DNA from: Nemertoderma westbladi
Taxonomy: Eukaryota; Animalia; Xenacoelomorpha
Direction of reading: 5' to 3'
Assembly (NCBI GenBank): GCA_032718475.1
Contig: JAUCBJ010007259.1
Location: 1-47,402 of the forward strand
Length of the DNA stretch: 47,402 nt
Shown: in pieces, positions 22,539-35,425 of the stretch
Layout of the letters: every line of letters begins with the position of its first letter
Numbering within the stretch: the stretch's first letter is position 1
Notes under the pieces: model-generated
Databases searched by the model: none
Seen by the model: the letters and a program-made list of their open reading frames with translations, nothing else
What the model was told of the DNA's origin: nothing
Made by a program: the position numbers and the translations under genes

Positions 22539-25500
22539 ATGACTTCTGTAAAAGAGATGACACCCCCTCTATTAGGGGAAAATGAAAATTATAGGGAATG
22601 GAAGAAGTTGGTCAATCTTTGGTGTCAACGCAGCAAGGCCCCAGGAAGACAGAAAGCAGGTGACATAATTCTTTATTCACTTAAGGGAGAGGCCAGATCT
22701 TTAGCTCTTTCACTGGAAGAAGACCTATTGCAAGCAGATGGGCAAGCTGGAGTGGAATATCTGTTAAAAGAATTAGATAAACTTTTTGAAAAAGACCGTG
22801 ATACCCAAGGATATGAAAATTGGAAGAAATTAATTAACTTTACAAGAGGTGAGCGTACTGTTCTAATGTATTGTTCTGAATTTCGCAGATTGCGCAGAGA
22901 GGCAAAATTATTTAGTATAGATCTTTCAGATACTACGTTTGCCTATATGGTACTAGACAACTGTGGCTTACCCAACAGTCAAAAATTATTACTACTATCA
23001 GTTGCTTTAAGTCAAACTGTGGCTGGTAGTGGGTTGAGTTCAGATAATGTGGAAACAGCACTACGTCGTATTGATAGCAGTAGCAATAACAACATTACTA
23101 CCGGTACTGATTTAGAGAATGCAGATGCATCAAATTCAAAATATACAAATAGTGTACTTGTAGCAGCAGGACAAGATGAACCATCACTTGAGTATGAATT
23201 ATCTGAAATGGAAGTCAGTGAATGTGACACATCATCTTTCAATGATGTAGAGAAAGATGAATTAGTGCGCTATGCAATGACTACTTATAATACTGGAAAA
23301 ATAAATCAAGGTGGTACGAAGTCATGCAATAGAAGCTGGCATCAATCGGTACAAGGTAGACCTCGAATGAATGCTAGAGACATCCAAACTAGTGAAATAA
23401 TCAGATGCTATGGTTGTGGGTCGCGATTCCATCTATATAGGTCAGGAAATTGTCCCAAGAATATTGGTAGTAAAGGTTCATATAGATTTCACAATAATAA
23501 TGTATGTAATAAAGGAAACAGTTTTCAAAGATATCATCCGATGGGTGAGGAAAATCTTTTTGTAGAGAGACATGAGTCAATAGTTGAATCTCAAGAATCA
23601 TATATTACTAACCAAAACGAAATAGATATTGAAAATGATTCAGTAGCGATAATCGATTCAGCTTGTACAAGTACAGTGTGTGGGACAACATTCTATACAC
23701 AGTATCGTGATAATTTAAAAACGGCAACTGGTTTAGAACCATTAAGACAAGAAGATGGTGGTAAAGTATATCGTTTTGGAAATGATGGCGTTAAAATTAG
23801 TCTATTTAATGTTAGTTTACCAGTTTCAATTTTTGGCAAAGTTTATCATCTATCTTGTGATGTTGTTAGGGGAAATTGTCCACTTTTATTAAGCCGAACA
23901 GCACTTTCAAAGTTGGGTTTGATACTTGATTTTAAAAATAAGATGGCAACAATTGAAAATCAAAGTTTTAATCTTAAACAATCACAAAAGGGGCATTTTG
24001 TCATTCCATTGATAACAAATTGGCCAAAGAACTCAATGCGTATGGTTGCAGATAAGCATAAAGTAACTGTTTCAGGAAATCAAACACCTAAAACGATCTC
24101 TTCTTCTTCAGCCAATATTGCAATATCGAATGGTGATTTGAGTATGCCATCAGTGTGTGATGATGTTGATAGTAACATTCAAATAGAATTCTCTCATACT
24201 ATTGGTGATAAATGCGAAGTTTACAGTGTATCTAGTAAGGATATAACAACAATGGATCATAAAGTTCTAGCCAAGAGATTGCATATTAACCTAGGACATC
24301 CCTCTGAAGATAGGTTAATTAAAACAGTAAAAAGTTCATTGGACAATCAGAAAAACATACCGGTAATTAATGATATTAACATTAGAGGTATTGTGTCAGC
24401 GATAAATGAAGTTTCCAGGCAATGTGAAATTTGTAAGGCAGGAAAACGGCATAATAATCGGCCAAAGGTGACAGTTGCCCACGCTGACAAGTTTAATGAC
24501 ACATTAGCTATGGATCTTTCGGATTGGGTTGACCCAGTAACGTCACGGACTTATACAATGTTGCATTTAATAGATATATATTCTAGGTTTTCTGCAGCTT
24601 GTTTTATGAAGAGTAAGGAAACTAAAGAAGTAATAGAGGGGATAGCACAAACTTGGCTGACTGTATTTGGTCCACCTCAGAAAGTATATTCAGATAATGG
24701 TGGAGAGTTTCATTCTGTTGAATTAATGTGTTTTTACGAACGATTTGGAATTTACGTTGATACTACGGCAGCTGAATCGCCTTTTTCAAATGGCATATGC
24801 GAAAGAAATAATGGTACACTTAAATCAATTATGACTAAAGTACGTAAGGATAACTTCAGCTGTTCTTTGAGTACTGTTCTTGGATACAGTTTATTAGCTA
24901 AAAATACTCTTATAGACAATCTTGGTTTTTCTCCATTTCAGCGTGTATTTGGCTCAAATCCTAGATTACCTGTTATAACTTCTGAAATATTACCAATGAT
25001 CAATGATTCTGAAAACTATGAGCGCATACGCCAACATTTAAATTTGTTGCATGAAACAAGGATGGCTTGTATTGGAGCTGAATGCGATGACAGAGTAAAG
25101 AGAGCACTAAAACAGAGAATAATTTCAAGTGATGGTCCTTTTGAGTCTGGTGATAATGTATGCTATTGGCGGGATGAGAAGTCAAAAGCTGGAAGAGGTT
25201 GGCACGGTCCAGGAAAGGTTATTGGTCAGGATGGGTCAGTAGTTTTCGTACGACATGGAGGATTTGTGATAAATGTACATCAGCGTGATTTGAGAAGAAT
25301 GAGTGATGAAGGCAAATTACTGAAGTTGAAAGAAATTGGTGGAAAACTTGTAGAAAATGAGAGTGAAACCAGAAACATAGAAGGAAACAACAAAAGTTCA
25401 TTGTTAAACATGATTACTCCAAATACAACAATTCGTATTAATCAATCTCCGTTATCTACAGTCAAGCAGTTAAGTAGTATTGCTATGGACACATCTAATA

Positions 25501-27149
25501 ATAATATTAGCATAAATAACACTGGAGCTCTAGATGATAAAATGGATAAAAGTGGGTCTCTAGAAAGGCCACAGCGTAACCCTAAACCAATTGTAAGATA
25601 TGGAATAGATGAGGTTTATGAACTATCTGATAGTTATATAACTACTGCTGAAAATAATAGTAAACGATTTGCATATGCAAAGGAAGATGAACTAATTTCT
25701 TGGCAACAACACGGAGTAATGAAGGAGGTTAAAGAAGAAGACATGACTAATCAGCCAATCTCTTGCAAGTGGGTATTAACGGAAAAACAAGGAGCTACAG
25801 GATCAATAAGGTTACAGGCAAGACTTGTAGCTCGTGGTTTCCAGGAGAACAAGTTGGATTTACAAACATACTCCCCAACATCCCACAGGGATACTCTCAA
25901 GCTCATTCTTGCTATTTTTCCATCACTTTGTTTTAGACCTCATTCCCTAGATGTTAAAACTGCTTTTTTGCAAAGTAAATCATTTGAACGAGATGTTTTT
26001 GTCGTTCCTCCACCTGAGGCTCATCTTCCTCCTAATATTTTTTGGAAATTGCTTAAACCAGTATATGGCTTGGTTGATGCTCCTAGAAACTGGTTTAATA
26101 GTTTATCAGAGGCACTTGTTAATCTTGGATTAAAGAAAAGTGACCTGGATCCCTCGTTGTTTGTGTATATAGTGAATGGTGAAATACATGGTTTAGTAAC
26201 TATTCATGTAGATGATCTGTTGTATGGTGGTACAACTATATTCCATACAAAAATAATCAATAAATTAAAAGAAATCTTTGTGGTAGCACCTTCAAAGAAA
26301 GACAATTTTGAGTATACCGGACTAGTGATAAATACAATTGACAGTGTTGATAACTCATTTAACATTCATGTACTTACAAAAGATGAATATTTAATGAAAA
26401 TGGGTTTCATGGCTGTTCGGAAGGGAGAATTAGACTGCCCAATGTCAAAGGACGAAATAACAGAATTTCGCTCCATTCTCGGTGTTCTTCAATGGGTTGG
26501 TTCACAAACACGTCCTGACATAATGTATGGAACATCTACATTATTGGGATCATTGAGAAATCCATTGGTAAAGCATATTCAACAACTTAATAAGTTAATT
26601 CGCAAAGCAAAGTCATTGCAGCCAATTAAACTTGTATATCGGCCGTTAGATTTAAAGACATTATCTCTGATTATTTATTCTGATTGTAGCTTTGGAGCCT
26701 TAAATGATGGGGGAAGTCAAGGGGGATTCATTGTTGGTCTCCATGGTCGATTAAGGAATTACGATGAGGTTAGAGTTAATACGTTAATGTGGAAGTCAAA
26801 ACGTGTACAACGAGTAGTACGTTCTAGTTTTGCAGGGGAAACTCTTGCTGCACTTGACGGGTGCGATGCTGCGATATACATAAAAGCCATGTTGCATGAA
26901 CTCACATTGAAAATTGACTTTATGAAACTTCTGACAGACTCTAAAAGCTTAGTGGATCACATCTTATACACAAAGAATGATCCTGCAGAAAAGAAGTTAA
27001 AGATTGACCTAGCAATACTCCGTGAAGAAGCATTACAGGGACTAAGTGTTCAACATGTAACTGGAAAGAAACAAGCAGCTGATGTCCTAACAAAGGAGAT
27101 GCCTGGTGAACAAATTTTAAATCTAATAACTGATGGAATTATTGAATAA
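22539..27149 (+). CDS. Intact Copia gag-pol polyprotein (1536 aa from the ATG at 22539)
   Basis: Zinc knuckle CYGCGSRFH..C; protease IIDSACT; integrase LHINLGH..CEIC, MDL, SDNGGEF and NGICERNN; RT ARLVARGFQE, DVKTAFLQ, YGLVDAPRNW and HVDDLL; RNase H YSDCSF, AGETLA, TDSKSL and ADVLTK. No internal stops. Confidence 0.95.
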   Translation: MTSVKEMTPPLLGENENYREWKKLVNLWCQRSKAPGRQKAGDIILYSLKGEARSLALSLEEDLLQADGQAGVEYLLKELDKLFEKDRDTQGYENWKKLINFTRGERTVLMYCSEFRRLRREAKLFSIDLSDTTFAYMVLDNCGLPNSQKLLLLSVALSQTVAGSGLSSDNVETALRRIDSSSNNNITTGTDLENADASNSKYTNSVLVAAGQDEPSLEYELSEMEVSECDTSSFNDVEKDELVRYAMTTYNTGKINQGGTKSCNRSWHQSVQGRPRMNARDIQTSEIIRCYGCGSRFHLYRSGNCPKNIGSKGSYRFHNNNVCNKGNSFQRYHPMGEENLFVERHESIVESQESYITNQNEIDIENDSVAIIDSACTSTVCGTTFYTQYRDNLKTATGLEPLRQEDGGKVYRFGNDGVKISLFNVSLPVSIFGKVYHLSCDVVRGNCPLLLSRTALSKLGLILDFKNKMATIENQSFNLKQSQKGHFVIPLITNWPKNSMRMVADKHKVTVSGNQTPKTISSSSANIAISNGDLSMPSVCDDVDSNIQIEFSHTIGDKCEVYSVSSKDITTMDHKVLAKRLHINLGHPSEDRLIKTVKSSLDNQKNIPVINDINIRGIVSAINEVSRQCEICKAGKRHNNRPKVTVAHADKFNDTLAMDLSDWVDPVTSRTYTMLHLIDIYSRFSAACFMKSKETKEVIEGIAQTWLTVFGPPQKVYSDNGGEFHSVELMCFYERFGIYVDTTAAESPFSNGICERNNGTLKSIMTKVRKDNFSCSLSTVLGYSLLAKNTLIDNLGFSPFQRVFGSNPRLPVITSEILPMINDSENYERIRQHLNLLHETRMACIGAECDDRVKRALKQRIISSDGPFESGDNVCYWRDEKSKAGRGWHGPGKVIGQDGSVVFVRHGGFVINVHQRDLRRMSDEGKLLKLKEIGGKLVENESETRNIEGNNKSSLLNMITPNTTIRINQSPLSTVKQLSSIAMDTSNNNISINNTGALDDKMDKSGSLERPQRNPKPIVRYGIDEVYELSDSYITTAENNSKRFAYAKEDELISWQQHGVMKEVKEEDMTNQPISCKWVLTEKQGATGSIRLQARLVARGFQENKLDLQTYSPTSHRDTLKLILAIFPSLCFRPHSLDVKTAFLQSKSFERDVFVVPPPEAHLPPNIFWKLLKPVYGLVDAPRNWFNSLSEALVNLGLKKSDLDPSLFVYIVNGEIHGLVTIHVDDLLYGGTTIFHTKIINKLKEIFVVAPSKKDNFEYTGLVINTIDSVDNSFNIHVLTKDEYLMKMGFMAVRKGELDCPMSKDEITEFRSILGVLQWVGSQTRPDIMYGTSTLLGSLRNPLVKHIQQLNKLIRKAKSLQPIKLVYRPLDLKTLSLIIYSDCSFGALNDGGSQGGFIVGLHGRLRNYDEVRVNTLMWKSKRVQRVVRSSFAGETLAALDGCDAAIYIKAMLHELTLKIDFMKLLTDSKSLVDHILYTKNDPAEKKLKIDLAILREEALQGLSVQHVTGKKQAADVLTKEMPGEQILNLITDGIIE

Positions 27150-27266
27150 AAAAAAAATAATAATAAATAAATGGAAAGGGGAATATTAGTCTATACTAGA
27201 ATTTCATAAATGTGTGGTGGAGGTATTTTATGTATATAACTAACATATTAATTAAAGTAGAGTGAG

Positions 27267-27416
27267 TGTTAGAGGTATATTGTATAGGCCATGCCTTACA
27301 GGTGGAGGTCGGGGGGCAGCTCTAAGTATGTACCGGTAAGGTAATGTTATATATATATTTGTGTAGATTAAAGTAAAGTGTCAGACTTGTATGAACGTGT
27401 ATTTCAGTATTTAACA
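27267..27416 (+). repeat. 3' LTR (150 bp) of the Copia element, preceded by a purine-rich tract
   Basis: Bounded by TGTT...AACA and preceded by AAAGTAGAGTGAG. Confidence 0.8.
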
Positions 27417-27426
27417 TAGATATCCC

Positions 27427-27987
27427 GGTAGTGTAGCTATTATGGTGGCGCAGCTATTATGCAGCTATTACGGTAATGTAGCTACGGTATTGCTTAACTA
27501 TAACTATTACGGTGATGCAGCTATAACACGGTAGTGCAGCTATTATGGTAGTGCAGCTATTATGGTGGTGCAGCTATTATGGTAATGCAGCTACTTTTGT
27601 AGTGCAGCTATTATGGTAGTGCAGCTATTATGGTGGATCAGCTATTATGGTAGTGCAGCTAATACGGTAGTGCAGCTATTATGGTAGTGCAGCTATTATG
27701 GTAGTACAGCTATTACGGTAGTGCAGCTATTACGGTAGTGCAGCTATTACGGTAGTGCAGCTATTACGGTAGTGCAGCTATTACGGTAGTGCAGCTATTA
27801 CGGTTGTGCAGCTATTATGGTAGTGCAGCTATTACAGTAGTGCAGCTATAACACGGTATTGCAGCTATTACGGTAGTGCAGCTATAACACGGTAGTGCAG
27901 CTATTACGGTAGTGCAGCTATTACGGTAGTGCAGCTATTACGGTAGTGCAGCTATTACGGTAGTGCAGCTATTACGGTAGTGCAGCA
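27427..27987. repeat. 17-bp satellite, about 32 copies
   Basis: Unit GGTAGTGCAGCTATTA(C/T). Confidence 0.95.
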
Positions 27988-28013
27988 ATTAGGGAAGTTT
28001 CGCTATTACAGTT

Positions 28014-31000
28014 TAGTGCAGCTACTACAACGGTAGTATAGTTTCTACGGTAGTACAGCTACTACAACGGTAGTATAGTTTCTACGGTAGTGCAGCTACT
28101 ACAACGGTAGTATAGTTTCTACGGTAGTGCAGCTACTACAACGGTAGTATAGTTTCTACGGTAGTGCAACTACTACAACGGTAGTATAGTTTCTACGGTA
28201 GTGCAGCTACTACAACGGTAGTATGGTTTCTACGGTAGTGCAGCTACTACAACGGTAGTATAGTTTCCACGGTAGTGCAGCTACTACAACGGTAGTATAG
28301 TTTCTACGGTAGTGCAGCTACTACAACGGTAGTATAGTTTCTACGGTAGTGCAGCTACTACAACGGTAGTATAGTTTCTACGGTAGTGCAGCTACTACAA
28401 CGGTAGTATAGTTTCTACGATAGTGCAGCTACTACAACGGTAGTATAGTTTCTACGGTAGTGCAACTACTACAACGGTAGTGTAGTTTCTACGGTAGTGC
28501 AGCTACTACAACGGTAGTATAGTTTCTACGGTAGTGCAACTACTACAACGGTAGAGTAGTTTCTACGGTAGTGCAGCTACTACAACGGTTAGTATAGTTT
28601 CTACGGTAGTGCAGCTACTACAACGGTAGTATAGTTTCTACGGTAGTGCAGCTACTACAACGGTGGTGCAGCTACTACAACGGTAGTATAGTTTCTACGG
28701 TAGTGCAGCTACTACAACGGTAGTGTAGTTTATACGGTAGTACAGCTACTACAACGGTAGTATAGATTCTACGGTAGTGCAGCTACTACAACGGTAGTAT
28801 AGTTTATACGGTAGTGCAGCTACTACAACGGTAGTATAGTTTCTACGGTAGTGCAGCTACTACAACGGTAGTATAGATTCTACGGTAGTACAGCTACTAC
28901 AACGGTAGTGTAGTTTCTATGGTAGAGCAGCTACTACAACGGTAGTATAGTTTATATGGTGGTACAGCTACTACAACGGTAGTATAGTTTATACGGTAGT
29001 GCAGCTACTACAACGGTAGTATAGATTCTACGGTAGTGCAGCTACTACAACGGTAGTATAGATTCTACGGTAGTACAGCTACTACAACGGTAGTGTAGTT
29101 TATACGATAGTACAGCTACTACAACGGTAGTATAGTTTCTACAGTAGTGCAGCTACTACAACGGTAGTATAGTTTATACGGTAGTGCAGCTACTACAACG
29201 GTAGTATAGATTCTACGGTAGTGCAGCTACTACAACGGTAGTATAGTTTATACGGTAGTACAGCTACTACAACGGTAGTATAGTTTCTACGGTAGTGCAG
29301 CTACTACAACGGTAGTGTAGATTCTACGGTAGTGCAGCTACTACAACGGTAGTATATTTTATACGGTAGTGCAGCTACTACAACGGTAGTGTAGTTTCTA
29401 CGGTAGTGCAGCTACTACAACGGTAGTGTAGTTTCTACGGTAGTGCAGCTAATACAACGGCAGTGCAGCTACTACAACGGTATTGTAGATTCTACGGTAG
29501 TGCAGCTACTACAACGGTAGTATAGTTTATACGGTAGTGCAGCTACTACAACGGTAGTGTAGTTTCTACGGTAGTGCAGCTACTACAACGGTAGTATTGT
29601 TTATACGGTAGTGCAGCTACTACAACGGTAGTATAGTTTCTACGGTAGTGCAGCTAATACAACGGTAGTGCAGCTACTACAACGGTAGTATAGTTTCTAC
29701 GGTAGTGCAGCTACTACAACGGTAGTATAGTTTCTACGGTAGTGCAGCTACTACAGCGGTAGTGTAGTTTCTACGGTAGTGCAGCTAATACAACGGTAGT
29801 ATAGTTTCTACGGTAGTGCAGCTACTACAACGGCAGTATAGTTTCTACTGTAGTGCAGCTACTACAACGGTAGTATAGTTTCTACGGTAGTGCAGCTACT
29901 ACAACGGTAGTGTAGTTTCTACGGTAGTGCAGCTACTACAACGGTATTGTAGTTTCTACGGTAGTGCAGCTACTACAACGGTAGTGTAGTTTCTACGGTA
30001 GTGCAGCTACTACAACGGTAGTATAGTTTCTACTGTAGTGCAGCTACTACAACGGTAGTGTAGTTTCTACGGTAGTGCAGCTACTACAACGGTAGTGTAG
30101 TTTCTACGGTAGTGCAGCTACTACAACGGTAGTGTAGTTTCTATGGTAGTGCAGCTACTACAACGGTAGTGTAGTTTATACGGTAGTGCAGCTACTACAA
30201 CGGTAGTGTAGTTTCTATGGTAGTGCAGCTACTACAACGGTAGTGTAGTTTCTACGGTAGTGCAGCTACTACAACGGTAGTATAGTTTATACGGTAGTGC
30301 AGCTACTACAACGGTAGTATAGTTTCTACGGTAGTGCAGCTACTACAACGGTAGTATAGTTTATACGGTAGTGCGGTTACTACAACGGTAGTATAGTTTC
30401 TACGGTAGTGGAGCTACTACAACGGTAGTATAGTTTCTACGGTAGTGCAGCTACTACAACGGTAGTATAGATTCTACGGTAGTGCAGCTACTACACCGGT
30501 AGTGTAGTTTCTACGGTAGTGCAACTACTACAACGGTAGTATAGTTTCTACTGTAGTGCAGCTACTACAACGGTAGTGTAGTTTCTACGGTAGTGCAGCT
30601 ACTACAGCGGTAGTGTAGTTTCTACGGTAGTGCAGCTAATACAACGGTAGTATAGTTTCTACGGTAGTGCAGCTACTACAACGGCAGTATAGTTTCTACT
30701 GTAGTGCAGCTACTACAACGGTAGTATAGTTTCTACGGTAGTGCAGCTACTACAACGGTAGTGTAGTTTCTACGGTAGTGCAGCTACTACAACGGTATTG
30801 TAGTTTCTACGGTAGTGCAGCTACTACAACGGTAGTGTAGTTTCTACGGTAGTGCAGCTACTACAACGGTAGTATAGTTTCTACTGTAGTGCAGCTACTA
30901 CAACGGTAGTGTAGTTTCTACGGTAGTGCAGCTACTACAACGGTAGTGTAGTTTCTACGGTAGTGCAGCTACTACAACGGTAGTGTAGTTTCTATGGTAG

Positions 31001-31337
31001 TGCAGCTACTACAACGGTAGTGTAGTTTATACGGTAGTGCAGCTACTACAACGGTAGTGTAGTTTATACGATAGTACAGCTACTACAACGGTAGTATAGT
31101 TTCCACGGTAGTGCAGCTACTACAACGGTAGTGTAGTTTCTACGGTAGTGCAGCTACTACAACGGTAGTATAGTTTCTACGGTAGTGCAACTACTACAAG
31201 GGTAGTTTCTACGGTAGTACAGCTACTACAACGGTAGTATAGTTTATACGGTAGTGCAGCTACTACAACGGTAGTATAGTTTCTACGGTAGTGGAGCTAC
31301 TACAACGGTAGTATAGTATATACGGTAGTGGAGCTAT
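28014..31337. repeat. 37-bp satellite, about 90 copies (20+17 dimer)
   Basis: Unit GGTAGTGCAGCTACTACAAC-GGTAGTATAGTTTCTAC. Confidence 0.97.
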
Positions 31338-31928
31338 TTTTGGCGCTGATACCGAAAATTTAAATATATTAGTAAATGTTTTGGTGTTTGGTGGTCGTTT
31401 TGGGAAGGCCTATCAAAAGTGGTGCTGCACGAAAATTTATCTGAAGAACGAAACAACGGTAGAATATATTTTACTGTACAGTTCTATTATCAGTTTACAT
31501 GCTTGAAAAATCATGCAAAATCTAATCTGCCGATCTGTCGGAATGCTGGTTTATCAAAAATTTAATTTCATACCGAATACCTGAATTACCATAAAACTAG
31601 ATTTCAGGATATGGTGTATCCATGGATGTAAATAATTAAATAAAACTGTAACATTGCAAATAATTATGTAGCAACAAAACGTATGTCATAAAGCAAAGTT
31701 ACATTATATATCGATATCGATCATTATATTGAAAAAAATTGAAAAAAGCAGCGGTGAAAACAAACTTTAAGAAAATTTGCATTGCAGACTCAAACATAAA
31801 TTGAAAATAAAATAAACCAACGTTTCTTCTAATAAATAATTAGGCCGATTGCAAAAACAATTACACGGTACGTTTGAGTTATATAAATCCACTTTTAAGT
31901 ACAGTAGGCCTCTATAATTATTAATTAA

Positions 31929-32429
31929 TTAAACGCTGTTAGCTGGTGGTAGGAGGTCTAGTGAATAACATAAAGACTTCCCTCTAAACCAACTGTATTT
32001 ATTATCGAACAAAATTTCGTACAAACCGCAGGCATCGCATACGAGACTGCCACTAAGGGGTACTACCCCAGCGGACACACGCTGGGACACCAACGGAACA
32101 GACCCACCGTCTACGGGAACAGACCCACCCCCAACCGGACCAACCCTTCTCACAACGAACTCAATATCCAACCCATCCAGTTGTATCTCCCATCGCAGCA
32201 TTGACCCCGGCACGTCCACCCGTCTCTCCGCCCTGTAGGACCCCCCCGCTGGAACCGTGACGGTCTTCACGCTGTCTGATAGACGCAACCGGTCCGTTAG
32301 GTACATGGACTCCGGCACTTTGCCCCCGTAGCCGATAAGTTTGGAACATTTCTCGTCCCCGTTGCTGTCCACTCGGGTGCCTCCGTAGTAAACAGGGAGT
32401 TGGTCGGCGTCGATATATTCTAGAAGCTC
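31929..32429 (-). CDS. SEC14-like lipid-transfer protein, coding exon 2 (end of CRAL-TRIO plus GOLD domain)
   Basis: Acceptor ttgtttag at 32430, then ELLEYIDADQLPVYYGGTRVDSNGDEKC..GGKVPESMY..LRWE..DIEF..GLYEILFDNKYSWFRGK through to the stop codon. Confidence 0.92.
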   Translation of the reverse strand, partial: ELLEYIDADQLPVYYGGTRVDSNGDEKCSKLIGYGGKVPESMYLTDRLRLSDSVKTVTVPAGGSYRAERRVDVPGSMLRWEIQLDGLDIEFVVRRVGPVGGGSVPVDGGSVPLVSQRVSAGVVPLSGSLVCDACGLYEILFDNKYSWFRGKSLCYSLDLLPPANSV

Positions 32430-32605
32430 CTAAACAATTAATTAGTTAATTATTAATAAATATCTGAAGGTCTAATGGAAGGTAATGGTTAAAACGGAAG
32501 TCTTCGAACCTGGATCTCACCAGTTCGATTACAGGCAATGTTGTCTATGAGTTGGGTTCAACGATAAATTTATATGGAGATCTTAAATTACAATTGTAAA
32601 CTTTA

Positions 32606-33330
32606 GGAGGCGTCTCAAGAAAGTCATGTGATGTCCAGTCCACCATACTTATTTTCCCCATGGTGGTCCTCACGGCGAAAACAATGTCCTACAAAGCGGA
32701 GGCCGCTGTATATGAGCAAATGTCAAGCTTGGTGGGACCAATGAGACACTAGTGTTGGTTGGAGATGTGTGTTATTAATCCACACTTGCCACATTGAACC
32801 CGACGTAGCATTCTTGTGAATGTGCCATCCAGGGATTTGGTGTCCTCAGCAGTTAGAGCCCAGCATGGACTCCCTGAGTACTGGGTGAAGGAGTACTGGT
32901 TTTACTGCTGCTTTAAATAATCGGAAAATCTTAATCTGACTTCCAGTTCCAGGATCCCAAGTATTAGAATTAATCCGCATGTTCAAGCAAGCCATCCCTG
33001 GAGCTTATGCTAATCTTATACGATCAGACATTTCCCGAGGACTGTCAAACTTAATGATCAAAATTTTGGAATTCTTTTTCTTAACAAGATGACCAATACA
33101 CACGTCACAATTTAAGACTTCTAGACTAGTTAGCCCTCTCTAGTAATTCTGACGTACTCTTAAGTCACCAGGAAAAACCAAGGGTTGTTCCAACAATCCA
33201 TGTTTATTAGGACGGCGTAAGGACATACATGGAAGATAATCCATCACAATTACAAACAAGAACAATGCAAGTGTGTCACCCTGAAGGGAGGACTCCCCAT
33301 AATACTTTGAAAGGATCTGTGACACCATTA
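32606..33330 (-). mobile_element. Decayed LINE fragment inside the SEC14-like intron
   Basis: RT motif LQGDTLALFLFVIVMDY and SLDGTFTRMLRR. Shares GCGTCTCAAGAAAGTCATG with the copy at about 42245. Confidence 0.75.
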
Positions 33331-35425
33331 GCAGTAGACACAAATGTTGTCGAACCATCGTATAGTGCTGAGCATTATGTTTAGTTAATATCGTACAATG
33401 CAAAAGGTAGAAAGGCACTACTCTCTTCCAAGTCCAACCCATTACAGTTTTTTTTATAAATTAATCAGTAAACCATGTTGACGGCGAAACTGTTATCGAA
33501 GATTCAGTTTAATTCACTTAAGGTAATATCGTCGCTGATCTGGCAGAAAAGACAAAGTGCAAAAATGACATTCTAAGATAATCAAGTTTTTATTTCTACC
33601 TTTTTTAAAAACAAATGAATTACGCTGAATTTTGGAACGTATACTAATTAAATAATTCCCCATACGTGCAATACATTACTTATTTTGTAAAAAATATATT
33701 TAGCTGGTTTCTGGGTCACTTCGACCTTTTGGCACCAATAATTTTCTAAAATATATTAAATGTGTCTGGCAAAAAAGTCTAAGTGATGATTATTGTTAAT
33801 TGTATAGATGATATTGTAACGAATGATACATGATTCAGTGAGTGACACCACCCACTCTTCCCATGTTTCTATAATAAATCTTCACGAGATTGCATACAAT
33901 TTGAAACAGAAATACTTTCACCTTCCAACTGTTTAAGTGGTTGAGTCGGAATTTTCGCTTTTAATATTTTGCTACAAGAAATAAATTTACCTAGAAAATC
34001 ATGATAATAAATTTTAAATGTTAAAGTTCCATTAATAATGGATTTTTTAAACCGTGAAGTGGAACAGAAACATTATATTTATCATTTCTTTTGACATTAT
34101 TAGTTTGCAATAAACTGGGCTTGTCCAATGTGGTAGCAGACGATGGTAAAGACTGAAAATCATTAAAAATACGACTTTTATCATCAAACGTAAAGTTATT
34201 GAAACATTGATAACGGCAGCCACATTCTACTAGTGTTGGTGACTTACTATCAATGAATTTTCTCTCCCTATCACTAGTATAAGATACCCATGCGGCTATT
34301 GCCTTAGTTCTAATTTGACGATTTCTAGAGATTCACCTTTTGAACCCCTTTTGGGTTTTGTTACATTTAACATAGTCTCAGCACGTTTCATGTTGGAGAC
34401 AACCTCCGTAATAGATCAAATCCTTATTGTATCTTATCAGTATCTATTGTTAATACGTCTATCATGCTTGTTGGTTCTAGAATTTCTAGCAACTCATTCG
34501 GTAAAAGTCCCCTGTACTCATAGTTTATGATATTACAAATATATTTATTCGTATTTCCTATAGTAATTTGTATTAATTATAGGCCTATAAATAACATTCA
34601 GTATTATAGTAATAATAATAAAAAGTAAGGGGTTCAAAATAAAGCCAAATCAGTTTTTCCTATAACGTATCACCAATCTATGATCAGTTTGAACTCTTAA
34701 TGATTAATTACTAAAATTAATATGATAATAATAAAATATTGCTAGCAGAAGTTAAATAAATAACATTAAAGTATTGTAACAACTACATTCAGTAACATAT
34801 CCGATCCCTGAAGCAGTTTATCATTGATAATATATACAGTATGAAGGAAAGAATAATTATTATTGGCTTATTAATTTAAATAGCTCTAGCAACAATCGTA
34901 GAGCGAGCAGAATAAAGGTATATACAATACAGTTTAGCACTACTGTAGTAACTGTAACTGTAGTAGCTGTAACAGCTTAAGTAATAGGGGTAGGCTGAAA
35001 AATCATTTTGGATTTTTTGCCATATTATGTATTTGAACTTAAAATGGTTATAATGAGGTTTGGCAGAAGATGCAAAGTGAGAATATGGTAAATATTCTGC
35101 ACTTTGGCCTTTCTGCCAGGTAGGATTTCCAGCCTGCCAGCCGATCTCTCTTTGTTCATTCGGCACATCGCAATTTGTGAGGTTTTTGTCACAGATATCA
35201 CTTTGATGTTTCTACCACACCTCCGCAATGTCCCAAGATTGTATATTCAACAAAAAACCAATTTTTGAAAAATTTTCACTTTGGCCTTTCTGCCAGATCA
35301 GCGAGGATTTAAGAGTTCCTTAACATTATAAGAAAACGAAGTTATTAACATATAAAAAGTTATTAACAATTTAAAAAAATTTAAAAATGATACGGGAAGA
35401 ATCCCAAGTTAATGTTTGAACCAAC

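Larger units (their letters stand above)
22021..27416 (+). mobile_element. Ty1/Copia LTR retrotransposon, GalEa-like clade, 5' LTR truncated
   Basis: PR-IN-RT-RH domain order, short LTR, PBS TGGTAGCAGAGC abutting the LTR, and an HVDD RT motif. Confidence 0.93.

Noticed and set aside
35381-35425. C-terminal VGSNINLGFFPYHF of the 270-aa ORF
   Set aside because: This is read-through into the intron; the SEC14 homology continues in the exon starting at 32429.
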